Origin: Octopus sinensis
Lineage: Eukaryota
Assembly: GCF_006345805.1 (NCBI RefSeq)
Contig: NC_043012.1
Span: 25,916,001-25,980,000, forward strand
Direction of reading: 5' to 3'
DNA: 64,000 nucleotides
The notes beneath the pieces are model-generated. The model saw nothing but the letters and a program-made list of their open reading frames with translations, did no database searches and had not been told where the DNA came from. Of the stretch, positions 38,269-52,610 are shown in pieces. How positions within the stretch are numbered: position 1 is the stretch's first letter; every line of letters begins with the position of its first letter. The translations under genes and the position numbers were made by a program.

Positions 38269-38510
38269 GACGAAATACCTATTTCTTTACTACCCACAAG
38301 GGGCCAAACACAGAGAGGACAAACAAGGACAGACAAACGGATTAAGTCGATTACATCGACGCCAGTGCGTAACTGGTACTTATTTAATTGACCCCGAAAG
38401 GATGAAAGGAAAAGTCAACCTCGGCAGAATTTGAACTCAGAACGTAACGGCAGACGAAATACCGCAAATCATTTCGCCCGGTGTGCTAACGATTCTGCCA
38501 GCTCACCGCC
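38269..38510 (-). mobile_element. SINE family B, single unit
   Basis: Near-identical to 44080-44321, including the adjacent CATATGTGTG. Confidence 0.9.
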
Positions 38511-39007
38511 ATATGTGTGTGTGTGTGTGTGTGTGTGTGGGTGTGTGTCTAATTGTGTGTGTGTTTGTAATGCTAATAAAATGCATATCGTAGTTGCAAT
38601 TCTGTTCCTTGTTTTCCGTTATTAATCACGAAATAATTAATTAACCAATTAAATGGCTGATCGCTAATAAGGATATATCGTTGCACTAACAAGGATACGT
38701 CATTGATAAAGTCCTAAATAGCGCAGAATCGGCACTTGCGAACCAAATGAATGATCTGATTGCTCAAAAGATTAGTCATGCAATCGATTAGTCAGTTCCT
38801 TGATTGATTAGTTAATTGACTAAGAATAACATTAAGTGAAATATAAATGATCCTTCAACGATGCCTCTTTTTATCACACGAAGATTTCAAGTAAATCAAT
38901 CAATACATACATACGTGCACACATATGTACATACACACACACTCGCACACACACATGCACACAAACACACACGCGCGCACACACACACACATACACACAC
39001 ACACACA

Positions 39008-39064
<57 letters not shown>

Positions 39065-39069
<5 letters not shown>

Positions 39070-39200
39070 GCAGCAGGCTTCTTTTATTTCACGTCTAGCA
39101 AATCCACCCACAAGCCTTCGGTGGGCCCCATGTTATAGTAGAAAACCTCTGCCCAAGGTGCTACTCAGTAGGACTGAACCCAGAGCTATGTGGTAGGGGA
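39065..39200 (-). mobile_element. SINE family A 5' part, degenerate
   Basis: CAAATCCACCCACAAG..TATAGTAGAAAAC..GCCCAAGGTG..GGACTGAACC. Confidence 0.7.
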
Positions 39201-39244
39201 TCAAATATATGTACCACTGCTATAATACTGCAACTGTTATTAAT

Positions 39245-39435
39245 ACTCTCGACCCGTTTGGTCACGAATGACCATGGGTGCACCTTGAGGTTCCCCTCCG
39301 AGTACAAATCTGGGCGGTAAATCGCCTCACCAGCGAACACACAACCTAGGGTTGTTTCTATGGAAGCCCACCAGTCGCCCATCCATACCAGCCTCCATTA
39401 TCCACTCCACCGATGTCATCCAAGGGAAAGGCAGT
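39245..39435 (-). mobile_element. SINE 3' domain shared with 49945-50285
   Basis: Reverse complement of CCTTGGATGACATCGGTGG..GAGGCTGGTATGGATGGGCGACTG..CCCATGGTCATTCGTGACC. Confidence 0.7.
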
Positions 39436-39489
39436 ATTAATATTGGTAATACTAATATAGTGATATCACTAATTAATATCGTGGCAATA

Positions 39490-39873
39490 TTGTGGAACTC
39501 CGTCGGTTACGACGACGAAGGTTCCAGTTGATCCGATCAAATGAACAGTCTTCTCGTGAAATTAACGTGCAAGTGGTTGAGTGCTCCATAGACACGTGCA
39601 CCGTTAACGTAGTTCTCGCGGGAGATTCAGCGTGACGTAGAGCTTGACAAGGCTGGCCTTTGAAATACAGGTACAACAGAAACAGGAAGAAAAAGTGAGA
39701 GGAAGTTGTGGTGAAAGAGTACAGCGGAATTCGTCGCCACTCCCTGATGGAGCCTCGTGGGGGGTTTTAGGGGTTTTCGCACTATAAACACTCACAACGC
39801 CCGGTCTGGGAAATGAAACCACGATCCTGCGACCGCTCCTCCGCCGCCCTAATCACTGGGCCATTGCGCCTCC
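39490..39873 (-). mobile_element. SINE family D, full length
   Basis: Reverse complement homologous along its length to 55259-55645. Confidence 0.9.
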
Positions 39874-39926
39874 ATAGCGTTGCAATATATACTGCAATAG
39901 ATACACGAATAGCAGCAGCAGCAGAT

Positions 39927-39961
<35 letters not shown>

Positions 39962-40095
39962 TGCAGCCGTAGTAAGTAATTGCATTACTTCTACTACTAC
40001 TATTAATACTCACTACTACTGCTACTACTAATATCAATACACACTGCTACTACTACTACTACTATTAATAATCACTACTACTTCTGCTGCTACTG

Positions 40096-40145
<50 letters not shown>

Positions 40146-40733
40146 GCTATTGATGCTGCTGGTGCTGTTATTTGTATTTCTATTGCAAAAATATTAACTT
40201 GCAATATTTCTACATTTATGACTACGTTTGCGTTACTAAACTCGTACTCAACGTAAGAAATGTACTACTAAGATTATTTCAGTTGAAAAACTTACACCTC
40301 TCCGAAAAAAAAAAAAAAAAAAATAAATAAATAAATAAAAATATAATCCCATGATTGAACGTCTAAATACTAATACATACCAAAATAAAATTTAAACGGA
40401 AATCACATTTAAAAAAGAAAATTTACAATGAAACTAAAAGAGAACAAAATAAATATAAAGGCGACTATGGCGGTAATCGATTGTCAGTGAATGTTGCGGT
40501 TTGTTAATTGTGAACTTCGCTTTTGTTCCTTTAAGTCGGTTCTTTATTGATTGAGGGTTTGGAAAGTTAAATTTGTCTGCGAAAACATGTATTTACTAGT
40601 TCTTCGACACCTTCATCTGGTTCTCTACTTATTTTGTTCTTTAGTTCTTTTGTTGTTATTCGTTTAACACGAATGGACCATTTCTTCATGTCTAGCAACG
40701 AGTTCAGATATATATGTGTATATGAATGTGTGT

Positions 40734-40905
40734 GTGGGCGAAAAGTGGCCGAATGGTTAAAAAGGTACGCTTTACAACCACAAGGCTTGTAGTTTCGATC
40801 CCATCGTATGGTATAGTCGCCAAGGGAAACATTTTATACTCTCTGGCCGACCAAATATCATGTGGGTGAAATTGGGTACACGGTAGTACGTACAAAGATA
40901 TCACG
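40734..40905 (+). mobile_element. Degenerate tRNA SINE head (family A-like)
   Basis: GTGGCCGAATGGTTAA..GTTTCGATCCC..GGCCGACCAAA..TGTGGGTGAAATTGG. Confidence 0.55.
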
Positions 40906-41984
40906 GTTTTATGTGTGCCGACTGAACCCGGTGCTTCAAATTTCTTAAAGCATGATCATTTACATTTCATTAGCAAAGTTGATGGAGATACGTCACAGAT
41001 GTACTCCGGATCATTTGGAGTCGCACTGCAACAGCGGCTGATTTACAACAGGGAGATTTTCTACAATATGCTGGGCAGCCCAGTGACAATCTCCTGGGCA
41101 GCCCAGGGTCCTGGCCAACTGTGTAACACTTGATCAGATCCCTTTGTTGAGAAATTCATTAGTCATATTCTTCACTGGACAATCTTATGCTAGCGAAGGT
41201 TTTGTGCAATCGCATGCTGGCTGAGTATCACCCTCGGCTTAACTCACAATAGGACCTCTTTGAAATTTGGATAGTTACTATAGTTACAATGGATAGTTAC
41301 TATAAATTGATAATCTGTAATCTAAAATGGAAAATAATAATACATTAACAAACTTCAAGCACAGATAAAACTGTATGATGAGGCGGTAGTCTGCTTACTT
41401 TTGAGGTGTATCTGTTTATATATGTGCGTCAGACAGAAGTTACCAGTAATCCAAACACTTTGTCAAAATTGTACACGTCTGTATTCTGTGGATGTGAGAG
41501 AAATTGACAAAAGATCTGCATATTTCATAATCGTCTTAATAAGCCTGCCGGCTAGTTACAACACCTATGTCTCAAAAGATGCTGATAGTGTATATATTCT
41601 GGCAGCAAGATCTGCTCGTTTTGCGGTAAGCTAAAATTACGTGATATTGGAGTTTCGGTACCCATAACAGACAATTCTCATCTGTTACGACCCACGAGTA
41701 TGCTTTATTGCATCAAGCATGTATATGACAGATTTTCTTAAGACATTCATGTGAAGTTACATATAAAGATTGTCTTTTGTAACTAATACTGTTTCCGTCG
41801 TTAGTAATTAAATCATTTATGCATGACTCTTCTAGTTTTTAATTATCATAAACCTTCCACTGAAAAGGGAGGCGGTTTCCAACGAAGAGACAAGGCTCCA
41901 TCTCCGAGATGTAGTTAACATAGACAAATTCACATTTGGAACTTGAGAAAAGTCTTGCATATTTTACTGTATGTATGTATATCA

Positions 41985-42490
41985 TTATTAGGGTTTTTTC
42001 AAGATTCTTGCCAATAGAGAAAAAACTGTTTCTAACCTAGATCCAAGGCTCCTTAATTGGAATTTCAACATCAACAACAGGGTATTTTTGTTTGTATGTA
42101 TATATGCATTCATGTATGTATGTATGTATGTATGTATGTATGTATGTATGTATGTATGTATGTATGTATGTATGTATATGTATGTATGTAGGTAGGTAGG
42201 TAGGTAGTTATGTACGTATGTATGTGCAGATTTGTATCATTTAAATATGTATTGTCATGCATACAGTTGCCTATCTAGACATGTGCAGATATATATATTT
42301 AAATGATAACCTTCTAGAAAGTTTTACAGATTTTTACAGTTCCAGTGATGGATTAGATCTGTAGTCTTCGAATTAGCTTTCTCTTTTCTGGTTTTAAGAA
42401 GCCTAATTTCTCAAGATTGGTATTTAGACAGTGTGTTACATATCCCAGGGCACCAATAATTACAAGTATAAATCTGAACTTGTAATACAT
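41985..42490 (-). mobile_element. REL-type non-LTR retrotransposon 3' end, different lineage
   Basis: YKFRFILVIIGALGYVTHCLNTNLEKLGF..LIRRLQI*SITGTVKICK; 3'UTR contains (CATA)n. Confidence 0.75.
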
Positions 42491-42583
42491 ACTTGTATGC
42501 ATGTATATATGTGTGCATGAATGTATGTATACACGTGTGTATGCATGTATGTGTGTATGTATATATTTAAGCATGTATGTATG

Positions 42584-42614
<31 letters not shown>

Positions 42615-43730
42615 ACACCTTCTAAAATGTTTACGAGTAGGACAAAAGACGTCCAATTGATACAGACAAGTTAGCGCTTAGGCCTACGAAATACATGAAA
42701 TACATTCTCATATCAAACAAGACTTAAATTAGCACAGGGAACCATCTACACCTTGCTGGACGAAGTGGGCATAACTATATGTGTGTGTACGTGCATCTAT
42801 ATGTAAACACGTTCCGTGTGTTCATGCCCTTACAGACATATGCACACACACATTAATAATTATTTACCTACCTATGAATTAATCTATAAAGTCTTTTATA
42901 ATAAAAGTTTATATAAACCCACTTTCTAGCACAAGGTAAAACAGAAAACGTAAAAAACTTAACAGAAGTGGCAAAGTTGATATCTCGTTAGATGAGGAAA
43001 GGGCTTCAGGAGAATTGAATTCATTAGCGAAAAATCTGAATATTATACCTGCCAGTGAGATATTTCAGATGTTCCATATTATGTACGTTTAACAGGTTCA
43101 TATTAGATGCATATTTGAATTCCTATTAGCCGAAGATAATCGGATTTGTAAGATGTTAAGTATTAGCATAAAAACATATGCCTACACTTTTCAGCCTCTG
43201 GCCCCATATATGCTGTTACCTGTCTCTATTCTGCTTAGTTCGTCGTTGGTGGGTAACATTCGGCTTTCTTCCACGCGCTCTACACTATTATTTTCATTAC
43301 CCAAGATTTAACCCAAGATCTCCAATAACCGCTTCGGTGTTTTTCGTGTCTAAAATGTCAGTCATCAGGAATTCGTTCCCAGAGCATGTTTGTTCCATCA
43401 ACAATTAATTTTGCTACTTTTTCAAAATAATGTCAACCATTTCTTTCATGGAATATATGGCATTGGAAATATGAAGTATTGCACTTGTACTTCGGGAACA
43501 TAGCTGACAAACATTGACATACTTTCAACTCTGGTGCTTATTTTGTCGATATATTTTACGAAGAGATAAGTTCTACGAACGTAAAGTAACCACGATTATG
43601 TTCTTAAACAGTGATCGGGAAGAGAGAGAAAACACATACACACGCACACACACGCGCATACACACACACACACACACATATATAATAATTATATGTATGC
43701 ATACTTAGGTGTATACATACATATATCTCT

Positions 43731-44321
43731 TTATTGCCCACAGGGTGCTAAACATAGGGGAGACGAACAAGGACAGACAAAGGGATTAAGTTGATTACAT
43801 CGAACCCAGTGCGTAACGTGTACTTATTTAATTGGCCCCGAAAGGATGAAAGGCAAAGTCCACCTCGGTGGAATTTGAACTGGGTAAGTAAAGACAGAAG
43901 AAATACCTATTTCTTTGCTACCCACAAGGGGCTAAACACAGAAGGGACAAACAAGGACAGACAAACGGATTACGTCGATTATATCGACCCCAATGCGTAA
44001 CTGGTACGTATTTAATCGACCCCGAAAGGATGAAAGCAAAGTCGACCTCCGCAGAATTTGAACTCAGAACGTAGCGATAAACGAAATACCTATTTCTTTA
44101 CTACCTACAAGGGGCCAAGCACAGAGAGGACAAACAAGGACAGACAAACGGATTAACTCGATTACATCGACGCCAATACGTAACTGGTGCTTATTTAATT
44201 GACCCCGAAAGGATGAAAGGCGAAGTCAACCTCGGCAGAATTTGAACTCAGAACGTAACGGCAGACGAAATACCGCAAAGCATTTCGCCCGGCGTGCTAA
44301 CGATTCTGCCAGCTCGCCGCC
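43731..44321 (-). mobile_element. SINE family B with three internal units
   Basis: Head at 44270-44321 and three ~178-bp units. Confidence 0.9.
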
Positions 44322-44328
44322 ATATGTG

Positions 44329-44360
<32 letters not shown>

Positions 44361-44559
44361 TGTGCGTGCGTGTAATTATATATATATGCTTCTAAGCTGT
44401 ACCAAAAAACAGTGACAGGTGAGTGAACAATAAACAAAATATATTAGTTTGCCGCTAAGGAAAAACTGAAGTCTGCCGTTTAAAGCCTACGATTTTCTTA
44501 TGAAATGAATGAGTCGAGAAAACAGCTGTAGAGAAATATATAGAGAAATATATATATAC

Positions 44560-44746
44560 ATGGCTATGTGGTAAGAATCTTGCGTCCCAACCATATGGTT
44601 CCGGGATTAGTACCGCTGCGGGACACCTTCGGTATGTGTCTCCTACTATAGCGTCGGGTCGACCAAAATCTTGTGAGTGGATTTGGTAGACGGAAACTGA
44701 AAAAGCCTGTCGTGTATATATGTATGTGTGTGTGTGTGCGTGTGTG

Positions 44747-44785
<39 letters not shown>

Positions 44786-44990
44786 GTGTATGTATGTATT
44801 TGTGAGTCTGTGCTTGCCCTCCCACCATCGCTTGACAAGCGATGTGTTTGTGTCCCCGTAACTTAGCGGGTCACCAAAAGAGACCGACTGAATAAGTACT
44901 AAGCTTACAAAGTAAAATGCATGGGATCGATTAATTCGATTAAAGGTGGTGCTCCACCATGGCCGCATTCAAATAACCGAGGCAACTAAA
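44560..44990 (+). mobile_element. SINE family A, full length
   Basis: Head, (TG)n insert and GGTGGTGCTCCACCATGG tail. Confidence 0.9.
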
Positions 44991-45046
44991 TGAATATATA
45001 ATAATACACACATATATATATATATGTATGTATGTATTTTATATAT

Positions 45047-45085
<39 letters not shown>

Positions 45086-45824
45086 GGTGTGTGTGTGTGT
45101 GTGTGGTGTGTGTGTGATGTGTATGTATGTATGTGTGTGTGTGTTGTGTGTGTGTGTGTGTATACGCATATATAGTTTCCATGCATTAATTTGTGTCACA
45201 AGGAATTAGTTGACCCGGGACTATGATAGAAGAAACCCCTCCCAATTTGCTGTGGAGTGACATTGAACCTGAAACTATCAGGCGGCAAAGCGCTCTCCTT
45301 AACCAAACAGACATGGATGAAGCTAATTGAATAATGAGCCGTTTATAGTAAGTATCTAAGTCATATCCGCAGGCATTTAAGAAATCAAAATATTTGAATG
45401 GATTTTAAGATAGATTATATAAAGCGTATAAACGTTCATAGAAGTATACCGATATATAAGAGAAAACTATATTGACTGAAAAATTGGAAACTAGGCGTTG
45501 TTTACAAAAATGTATTGGCTAAAAGTGCTTATTTATGATTTTATACAGAAGTTACGATATTCAATGATATAAGCTGGAAAGGTTTATAAGAAGGTTTTAA
45601 AACCTGGGAAGGTTTTAAAAAAGGTTTTAAAACCTGGGAAGGCTTTAAAGAACGAAATATTAGATGACGTAGAAACTGCATCGATATATATGTTAACAAG
45701 GATTATAAATCAAGATGTGTTTATTGAAGATTATAGAAGATTATAAACTGAAAATTGTTGGAAGAAATAAAAGTGAAGCAAAACATAAGATAATAGGGAT
45801 ATTATTATTATTATTATATTATAT

Positions 45825-46280
45825 TATTCAGTAGTTTTATTTTTATAGCGTGCTTTCACTTCACTACCGAGCGAGGCTCTGTGCGCCTTGGGTATGTGCT
45901 GTGATTTGTTGTGATGCTCGATGGTTATTGTATGGAAAGTGTTCTGCGTAGGATGTGTGCAGTGCCTAGTAGTGCAATTTTCTGTATGTTATATGTGTTT
46001 GTAAGTCCTGGTGTTTTTGTTATGTATTTGTCTGAATATTTTTTTATCATGCCTAATGCACCTACTATGATAGGAATTGTTTCTGTTTCAGATTCCACAT
46101 TCTAGTTACCTCTATTTCCAGGTCTTTGTATTTTGAGAGTTTCTCCATTTCTTTTAGAGACACATTGTCATCTGCCGGTATTGATACATCAATTAGAAAG
46201 CATTTTTTTTCTTCATGATCTCTGACAACTATATCTGGTGTTGGCCTTAATTTCTCTATCTGTGTGTATTGGCATATCAT
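45825..46280 (-). mobile_element. R4/Dong-type LINE 3' end, third subfamily
   Basis: DMPIHTDREIKAN..PDIVVRD..LIDVSIPADDN..KEMEKLSKYKDL..IPIIVGALG..HILRRTLS; bounded by (ATT)n. Confidence 0.9.
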
Positions 46281-46287
46281 TATTATG

Positions 46288-46333
<46 letters not shown>

Positions 46334-46529
46334 GACCAGTGCTTACAGGAATTACACTGAGAATTCATTGATAGTAAAATTTGATAGTAAAATAAATTCA
46401 GACTGAATACATACATACATGGTATAGGTCTTGCTTCAGTTCAAAAGTCCAGTGAAATTTTTCTCGGTAGGCTTTCGTTATTATTAGATTGCTACTAAAT
46501 ACCTGATAATCAAGAGGGGGAAAGTTACC

Positions 46530-47500
46530 ATCAAGCTTCCACGTTGTGATAAATGTCGGCTGAGTGGAAGATATGATCTACATCATCTGCAGCTTCCCAA
46601 AAATACCTACGAGATACTACCTGCCCCAGAGGATTGGTATAGTTGGACATATTATTTACAATGTTATCCGTAGGAAGGACTGCCCTGATATATACGTCAA
46701 AGACATCTCAGAACCAGTAGGTATTTACATCTTTTAAATGATGGTCTACTGGTGGCACACCCCAATAAAAAAACATCAGTTAGGTGTAAACATAACAGAA
46801 CTGATGTTGTACTTTCAGTTAGGGAACAAAAGTCATGCATTGTTTTAGAGGTCACTTCCCCAGCGGATATGAATCTAAAATCAAAAGTCCAAGAAAGAGA
46901 GAATATTTATGGTGAATTAATGCGGAACATACAGCACTTGAACCCTGACTGAACTCTCATTTGTACATATCATCTGCGGTGTATTAGGTTATGCGGATCT
47001 TCTCGGTTTGAACGGCAGTTTTTCTAGCCGTGTCATATGAAATTGTCACCCATAATTATGACCCTAGTATCGATCTAATTTATTTCAATCTGTTTTAGGG
47101 TTAGGGTTAGGGGTGGGGGGAAGGGTATCTTTTTTTTTCTTCACAAATGTAAATAAACCCAATCTGTTTCTTAAACGAGGGACATATTCATACAGCACAA
47201 TGTTTTTTACTTCAATAGACGTATTTGATTGGTTGAAATTGCAGAAATTGAAAAAAAAAAACAAATATCTTACAAACCTAAGAAATTTCTCAATAAAGCC
47301 AAGAGAAAAAGATGTTTTATAAACACATTCTTCTAGTACATGAAGTTTAAAATTTGTTAGAAATTATGTTAAATTATGTTAAAAACTGCCGTTCAAACCG
47401 AAAAGATCCGGTTATGCACCAACATGTTTGCAGAAAAAAAGTTAAATACTCGGTTTCACGGAAACAGATGAAAATATACCAAAGCAGATTCTCTGATTGT
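46530..47500 (+). mobile_element. REL-type LINE fragment (lineage of 41985) interrupted by a MITE
   Basis: CDKC..RYYLP..KHNRTDVV..LEVTSPADMN..ERENIYGELMRN..GVLGYA|PTCLQKK continues across the insertion. Confidence 0.8.
46995..47409. mobile_element. MITE with 29-bp TIRs and 8-bp TSD (Merlin-like; superfamily uncertain)
   Basis: TIR GGATCTTCTCGGTTTGAACGGCAGTTTTT / AAAAACTGCCGTTCAAACCGAAAAGATCC; TSD GGTTATGC at 46987-46994 and 47410-47417. Confidence 0.9.
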
Positions 47501-48129
47501 ATGTATGAGTTTATATATATCTATCGAGTTTTGTGCAGTAAAATGTTATACGTTGCAATTTGTTACTGGAAAATTGGAATTAAATATCTTTAGAGAGTAC
47601 ATTATAAATGGAACATTATTTATAGATGATTATATACTCGAAATTGGTGAGGGGAAACGTGGAATTCAGAAATGGTGACTCGCGAATAAGTACACCAGGT
47701 TTATGTACATTCAGTGTATTTAGGAGGTGGAGAAAACGAACGGAATCCTAACAGCAATAGAAAAATTCCTCAACGTATCATGATGTCTACATAATTTAAA
47801 TATAAGTAAAAGTACGAGAGGTAGGAGTAAAACTGAGAAAACTATTGTTTTCATGGCGGATATAATTGCTTTGAATACCAAACTATGATGTTGAATGATT
47901 TCTGGTAACGATCGAACAGAAGCGATATCTCTATAAACATCCGTTATGTACACATATGTACACACGCAAAAGCACGATAACAAACGCACAAACAGACGCA
48001 AACACACATAGCATACATACACACACATACATATATACGTACACGAACACATTTCTAAATATAGGTAGATACACATATAAAAAAACTACAATCCCGTAAA
48101 ACACTCACAGATATTTATATGCACACACA

Positions 48130-48153
48130 CACACACACACACACATATGTATG

Positions 48154-48184
<31 letters not shown>

Positions 48185-48252
48185 TACACATGTGCATATA
48201 TATATTTATGTACATTTATATAGGTGTAGATACATATATGTATATGTACATA

Positions 48253-48284
<32 letters not shown>

Positions 48285-48342
48285 CATGGCAAATGTATGT
48301 ATATATGTAGATATATAGACGTATATACATACACACACACAC

Positions 48343-48395
<53 letters not shown>

Positions 48396-48901
48396 GCAAA
48401 TGCACGCACATGCTCTCACACACGCGTCTATGGTATACCTATGTACATGCCTGAATGTTTGCGTCTGCACCTGTGTGCATATTGGGCATATGTATGATGG
48501 AATATACTTCCCGTCGATGCGATTAATCGATGGATATTGAAACGACCCCTTCTCCGAAAAATCACTCGCACACAATAAAAATTTTCAAAGAAATCAAGGA
48601 AGGAAAAAAAAATAATAACAATATGAACAAAGCATGTTCGACTATTTGCATATTTCAATACTAAAATTAGATCAGCTTCCATTGATTTCGAATCAGAAAC
48701 TGATGTTTTATTTTCATTTTTATTTTTTACTATTTCATCTTCCATTTCTGCACAGATTCGTTAAAACCTGATTTTAAGGTTTCGTTGTATTTCTTTTTAT
48801 ACATTTTAATATTCCTGTTTCATTCCTTTTATTATAAATCTTACACACGTCTATCTATTTATCTACTTACCTATCTATATCTATCTATCTATCTATCTAT
48901 A

Positions 48902-48945
<44 letters not shown>

Positions 48946-49341
48946 CATCTACGTACCTATCCCTATCCGTCTCTTTATATACGTACGTATGTACACGCAC
49001 GCACACGAACACATACACATACATGTATATTTATTTACGTAGATAAACAATATATATATGCATATATATATATATGTATGAATGTGTATATATATATATT
49101 ATATATATTATATTATATATATATATATATATATTATATTATATATATATGTATATATATATAAATTATATATATGTAGCAAATATGAGATACGGAATGT
49201 AATTTCACGTGATTTTTTATTAATGAAATGCATACGCACATAATACACACACACGAACACATACATACATTCATACATACATACATACATATATACATAT
49301 ATGCATACATAAATACATACATACATACATACATACATACA

Positions 49342-49377
<36 letters not shown>

Positions 49378-49392
49378 TATATTATATATATA

Positions 49393-49441
<49 letters not shown>

Positions 49442-49460
49442 TATCTATGTACATATACAG
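48130..49460. repeat. Compound microsatellites (TA)n, (TCTA)n, (CATA)n with unique interruptions
   Basis: Directly visible. Confidence 0.9.
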
Positions 49461-49944
49461 ATACCCATACATGTACAGAGAGAAATACACGTTGCTCTTA
49501 TATACACTTGATTTTGCACTGAGTAACCTTTGAACCGAATTCTCTACGCCTTAATAGAAACTCAGCCGCCATCACCACCGCCACTAACACAACTACGACT
49601 ATTATCATCACTAATACCATAACGACGACCATCTTCATCATCCCCACTACCATCGTCGCCACCACCATCGGCACTAGCACCCCCTACGTCAATCATCTTC
49701 AGAAACCATCAATAACTCTACAACATCAACAGATTTAACAACAAGAATAAAACATCACGAATATCAGAAAAGACAACAGGTTGACTGAATAATGATTACG
49801 AACCAACCTGCTAGAAATAGCAGCTTAATTTACCCTGCGTCGTGCCATGGCTTAAACAATGTGATAAGTTTGTGTCTTAAATAATCCAAGACCTGGAGAA
49901 TATTGATCCCGGTCATGTCAGTCAAATGGTTCATCATATGTCTG

Positions 49945-50285
49945 TGAAGGCGTTTGGCGTAGTGGTTAGAGCATCGGGCTCACAATCATAAGGTTGTGAG
50001 TTCGATTCCAAGACCGGGCTGCGTGATGTGTTCTTGAGCAAGACACTTTATTTCATGTTGCTCCAGTTCCCTCAGCTGAAGAAATGGGTTGCGATGTTCA
50101 CTGGTACAAAACTGTATCGGCCCCTTTGCATTTCCCTTGGATAACATCGGTGGTGTGGAGCAAGGAGGCTGGTATGTATGGGCGACTGCTTGTCTTCCAT
50201 ACAACATTGCCCGGGCTTGTGTGTGGTAGGGTAAACTTCTAGGTGCAATCCCGTGGTCATTCATGACCGAAGGGGATCACCCATG
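49945..50285 (+). mobile_element. tRNA SINE, family C head with alternative 3' domain
   Basis: GGCGTAGTGGTTAGAGC..GAGTTCGATTCC..TTCTTGAGCAAGACACTTTATTTC; tail GCAATCCCGTGGTCATTCATGACCGAAGGGG. Confidence 0.9.
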
Positions 50286-50321
50286 TCTGATCCCGGTGGG
50301 TTACATGGAGCCAAATAAAGA

Positions 50322-50513
50322 TTCTATTATAGGCACAAAGCCTGAAATTTTAGGGGAAGGGGCTATCGATTACACCGATCCCAGCACATAATTGCTACTT
50401 ATTTTATCGACCCCGAAATTATAAAAGACAAAGTTGACCTCGGCAGAATTTGAACTCAGAACGTAGCAACGGGCGAAATACCGCTAAGTATTTCGTCCAG
50501 CGTGCTAACGATT
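50322..50513 (-). mobile_element. SINE family B, single-unit older variant
   Basis: GACCTCGGCAGAATTTGAACTCAGAACGTAG..GAAATACCGCTAAG..GCGTGCTAACG. Confidence 0.85.
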
Positions 50514-51399
50514 CATGGCTGGAATGACCATCGTGCACTACCACTAGCACAACAGTGAAACCTCAATCATAACGATTAAAGTACCAAACATTATCGGTCA
50601 CCAAGACAAACACCACTATCAACCATCAGTCACTACAACTAAGTCCACCACCGACCGTCAGTCGCCATGACGAATACCACCATCTATCGTCAATCACAAC
50701 TAAGGCGACTATCAATCACCGCGACAAAGAGTAGCATAAATCACCATCATTGGCCAAATATCGTCAAGATTAGCACCACTATTGCCCCCCACCCACCCAA
50801 ATGACGACGATAACACCACAACAGTCATCACGGCCATTAACACCATCATTTACCACAACCAGGGAATTCCGGTATGGACTGTGACCAATGCACTTTTATC
50901 ACCATCACAAGCAAACCTCAATAAATACTCAATTACAGCCATCATCACCATAAAGGCCACCGCTATAAACAACACCATCAACACTAGCACCATCGCCACC
51001 ATCACCAGTACCACAAGAAAACGACCATCACCATCAGCGTCACCACAAGACGCCGGAACCACCAACGACACCAAGCAACACTAGCACCACCGACGGACAA
51101 ACAAACCCCCCAAACAGCAACAGCAGCCATAACGGCAGTAGGACTCCACTGCTAATTCTGTATAATTTATTTCTTGATAAATAGTGTTTAAATGAATTGA
51201 ATCACATCACAGACGAACACCATAGAATATTTTAGAGAATTCCGTTTGAATTACGAATATAAAATGTTGTATTTCCTGAAACGATAGCAACTCAAATTTC
51301 AATTAATTCTAAATTAAATTCCAAATTGATAATTATCTGTAAAGTACAGTAATTGTATTATGTATATGTTCATACGATGTGTTCGTGTGCGGAGTGTAT

Positions 51400-51585
51400 G
51401 TGTGTGTGTATATATTATATATACATACATATATATTATATATTATATATATATAGATAGATATATACTATATATATATAGTATATATATACATATATTA
51501 TGTATGTATATATATCGATATATACTTATATATATATATATGTACATATATAATATATATGTATGTATATATACATATTAGATAT

Positions 51586-51619
<34 letters not shown>

Positions 51620-51648
51620 ATATATATGTATGTATTACATATATATAA

Positions 51649-51689
<41 letters not shown>

Positions 51690-52610
51690 TATATGTGTGT
51701 GTGTAGTATATATATGTATATATATATATTATATATATATAAGTGTGTATATAAATTGTGTTGTATCTTATTACACATATCACATTATGAATCATTACTA
51801 TTATTATTATTATTATTATTATTATTATCGTCGTCATTATCATCGTCATCATCATCATCATCATCATTATCATCAACGTCATTATCATCGTCATCATCAT
51901 CATCATCATCATTATCATCACCGTCATCATCATTATTACATTCCTGCTATTACAATGTTATATTGTTAGTGCCTCACAGCCTCTGTCTTTTTTCGATCAC
52001 TATTTCTCACAATATCTACTCATTCATATACTCACATGTGCACATAAACACACACACACACACACCACAAACACAAACATATATTTATATTCGTATGTAA
52101 AACATATATATGATATATTATCATACATATATGTATATATATATACCTACATATATATATATATATACATACATATATATATATACATACATATATATAT
52201 ATATACATACATATATATATATATACATACTATATATATATTACTAATATATATATATATATATATATAGATACCTACATATATATATATAAATACATAC
52301 ATACATATATATATATATATCATATATATATTATATCCATACATATATACATATATATATATATACAACATATATATATATATTATATATATATATATAT
52401 ACATACATATATATATATATATATACATACATACATATATATATATATATACATACATACATACATATATATATATATACATACATACATATATATATTA
52501 TATACATATAATTACATACATATATATATATATTACATACATACATACATATATATATATACTACATACATACATATATATATATATATAATATATATAT
52601 ATATATATAA
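51400..52610. repeat. Compound (TA)n/(CATA)n/(CAT)n microsatellite field
   Basis: Directly visible. Confidence 0.95.

Noticed and set aside
43731-44321. CRISPR-like or satellite interpretation of the repeated units
   Set aside because: No unique spacers; the units are SINE internal duplications in a eukaryotic context.
45592-45652. 30-bp tandem duplication containing AGGTTTTAAAACCT
   Set aside because: Two copies only; ordinary local duplication.
47095-47112. (TTAGGG)3 as a relic telomere or fusion site
   Set aside because: It lies inside a MITE bounded by a TSD.
50782-51084. Mucin-like Thr-rich ORF
   Set aside because: Degenerate (CAC/CAT/AAC)n low-complexity DNA without splice support.
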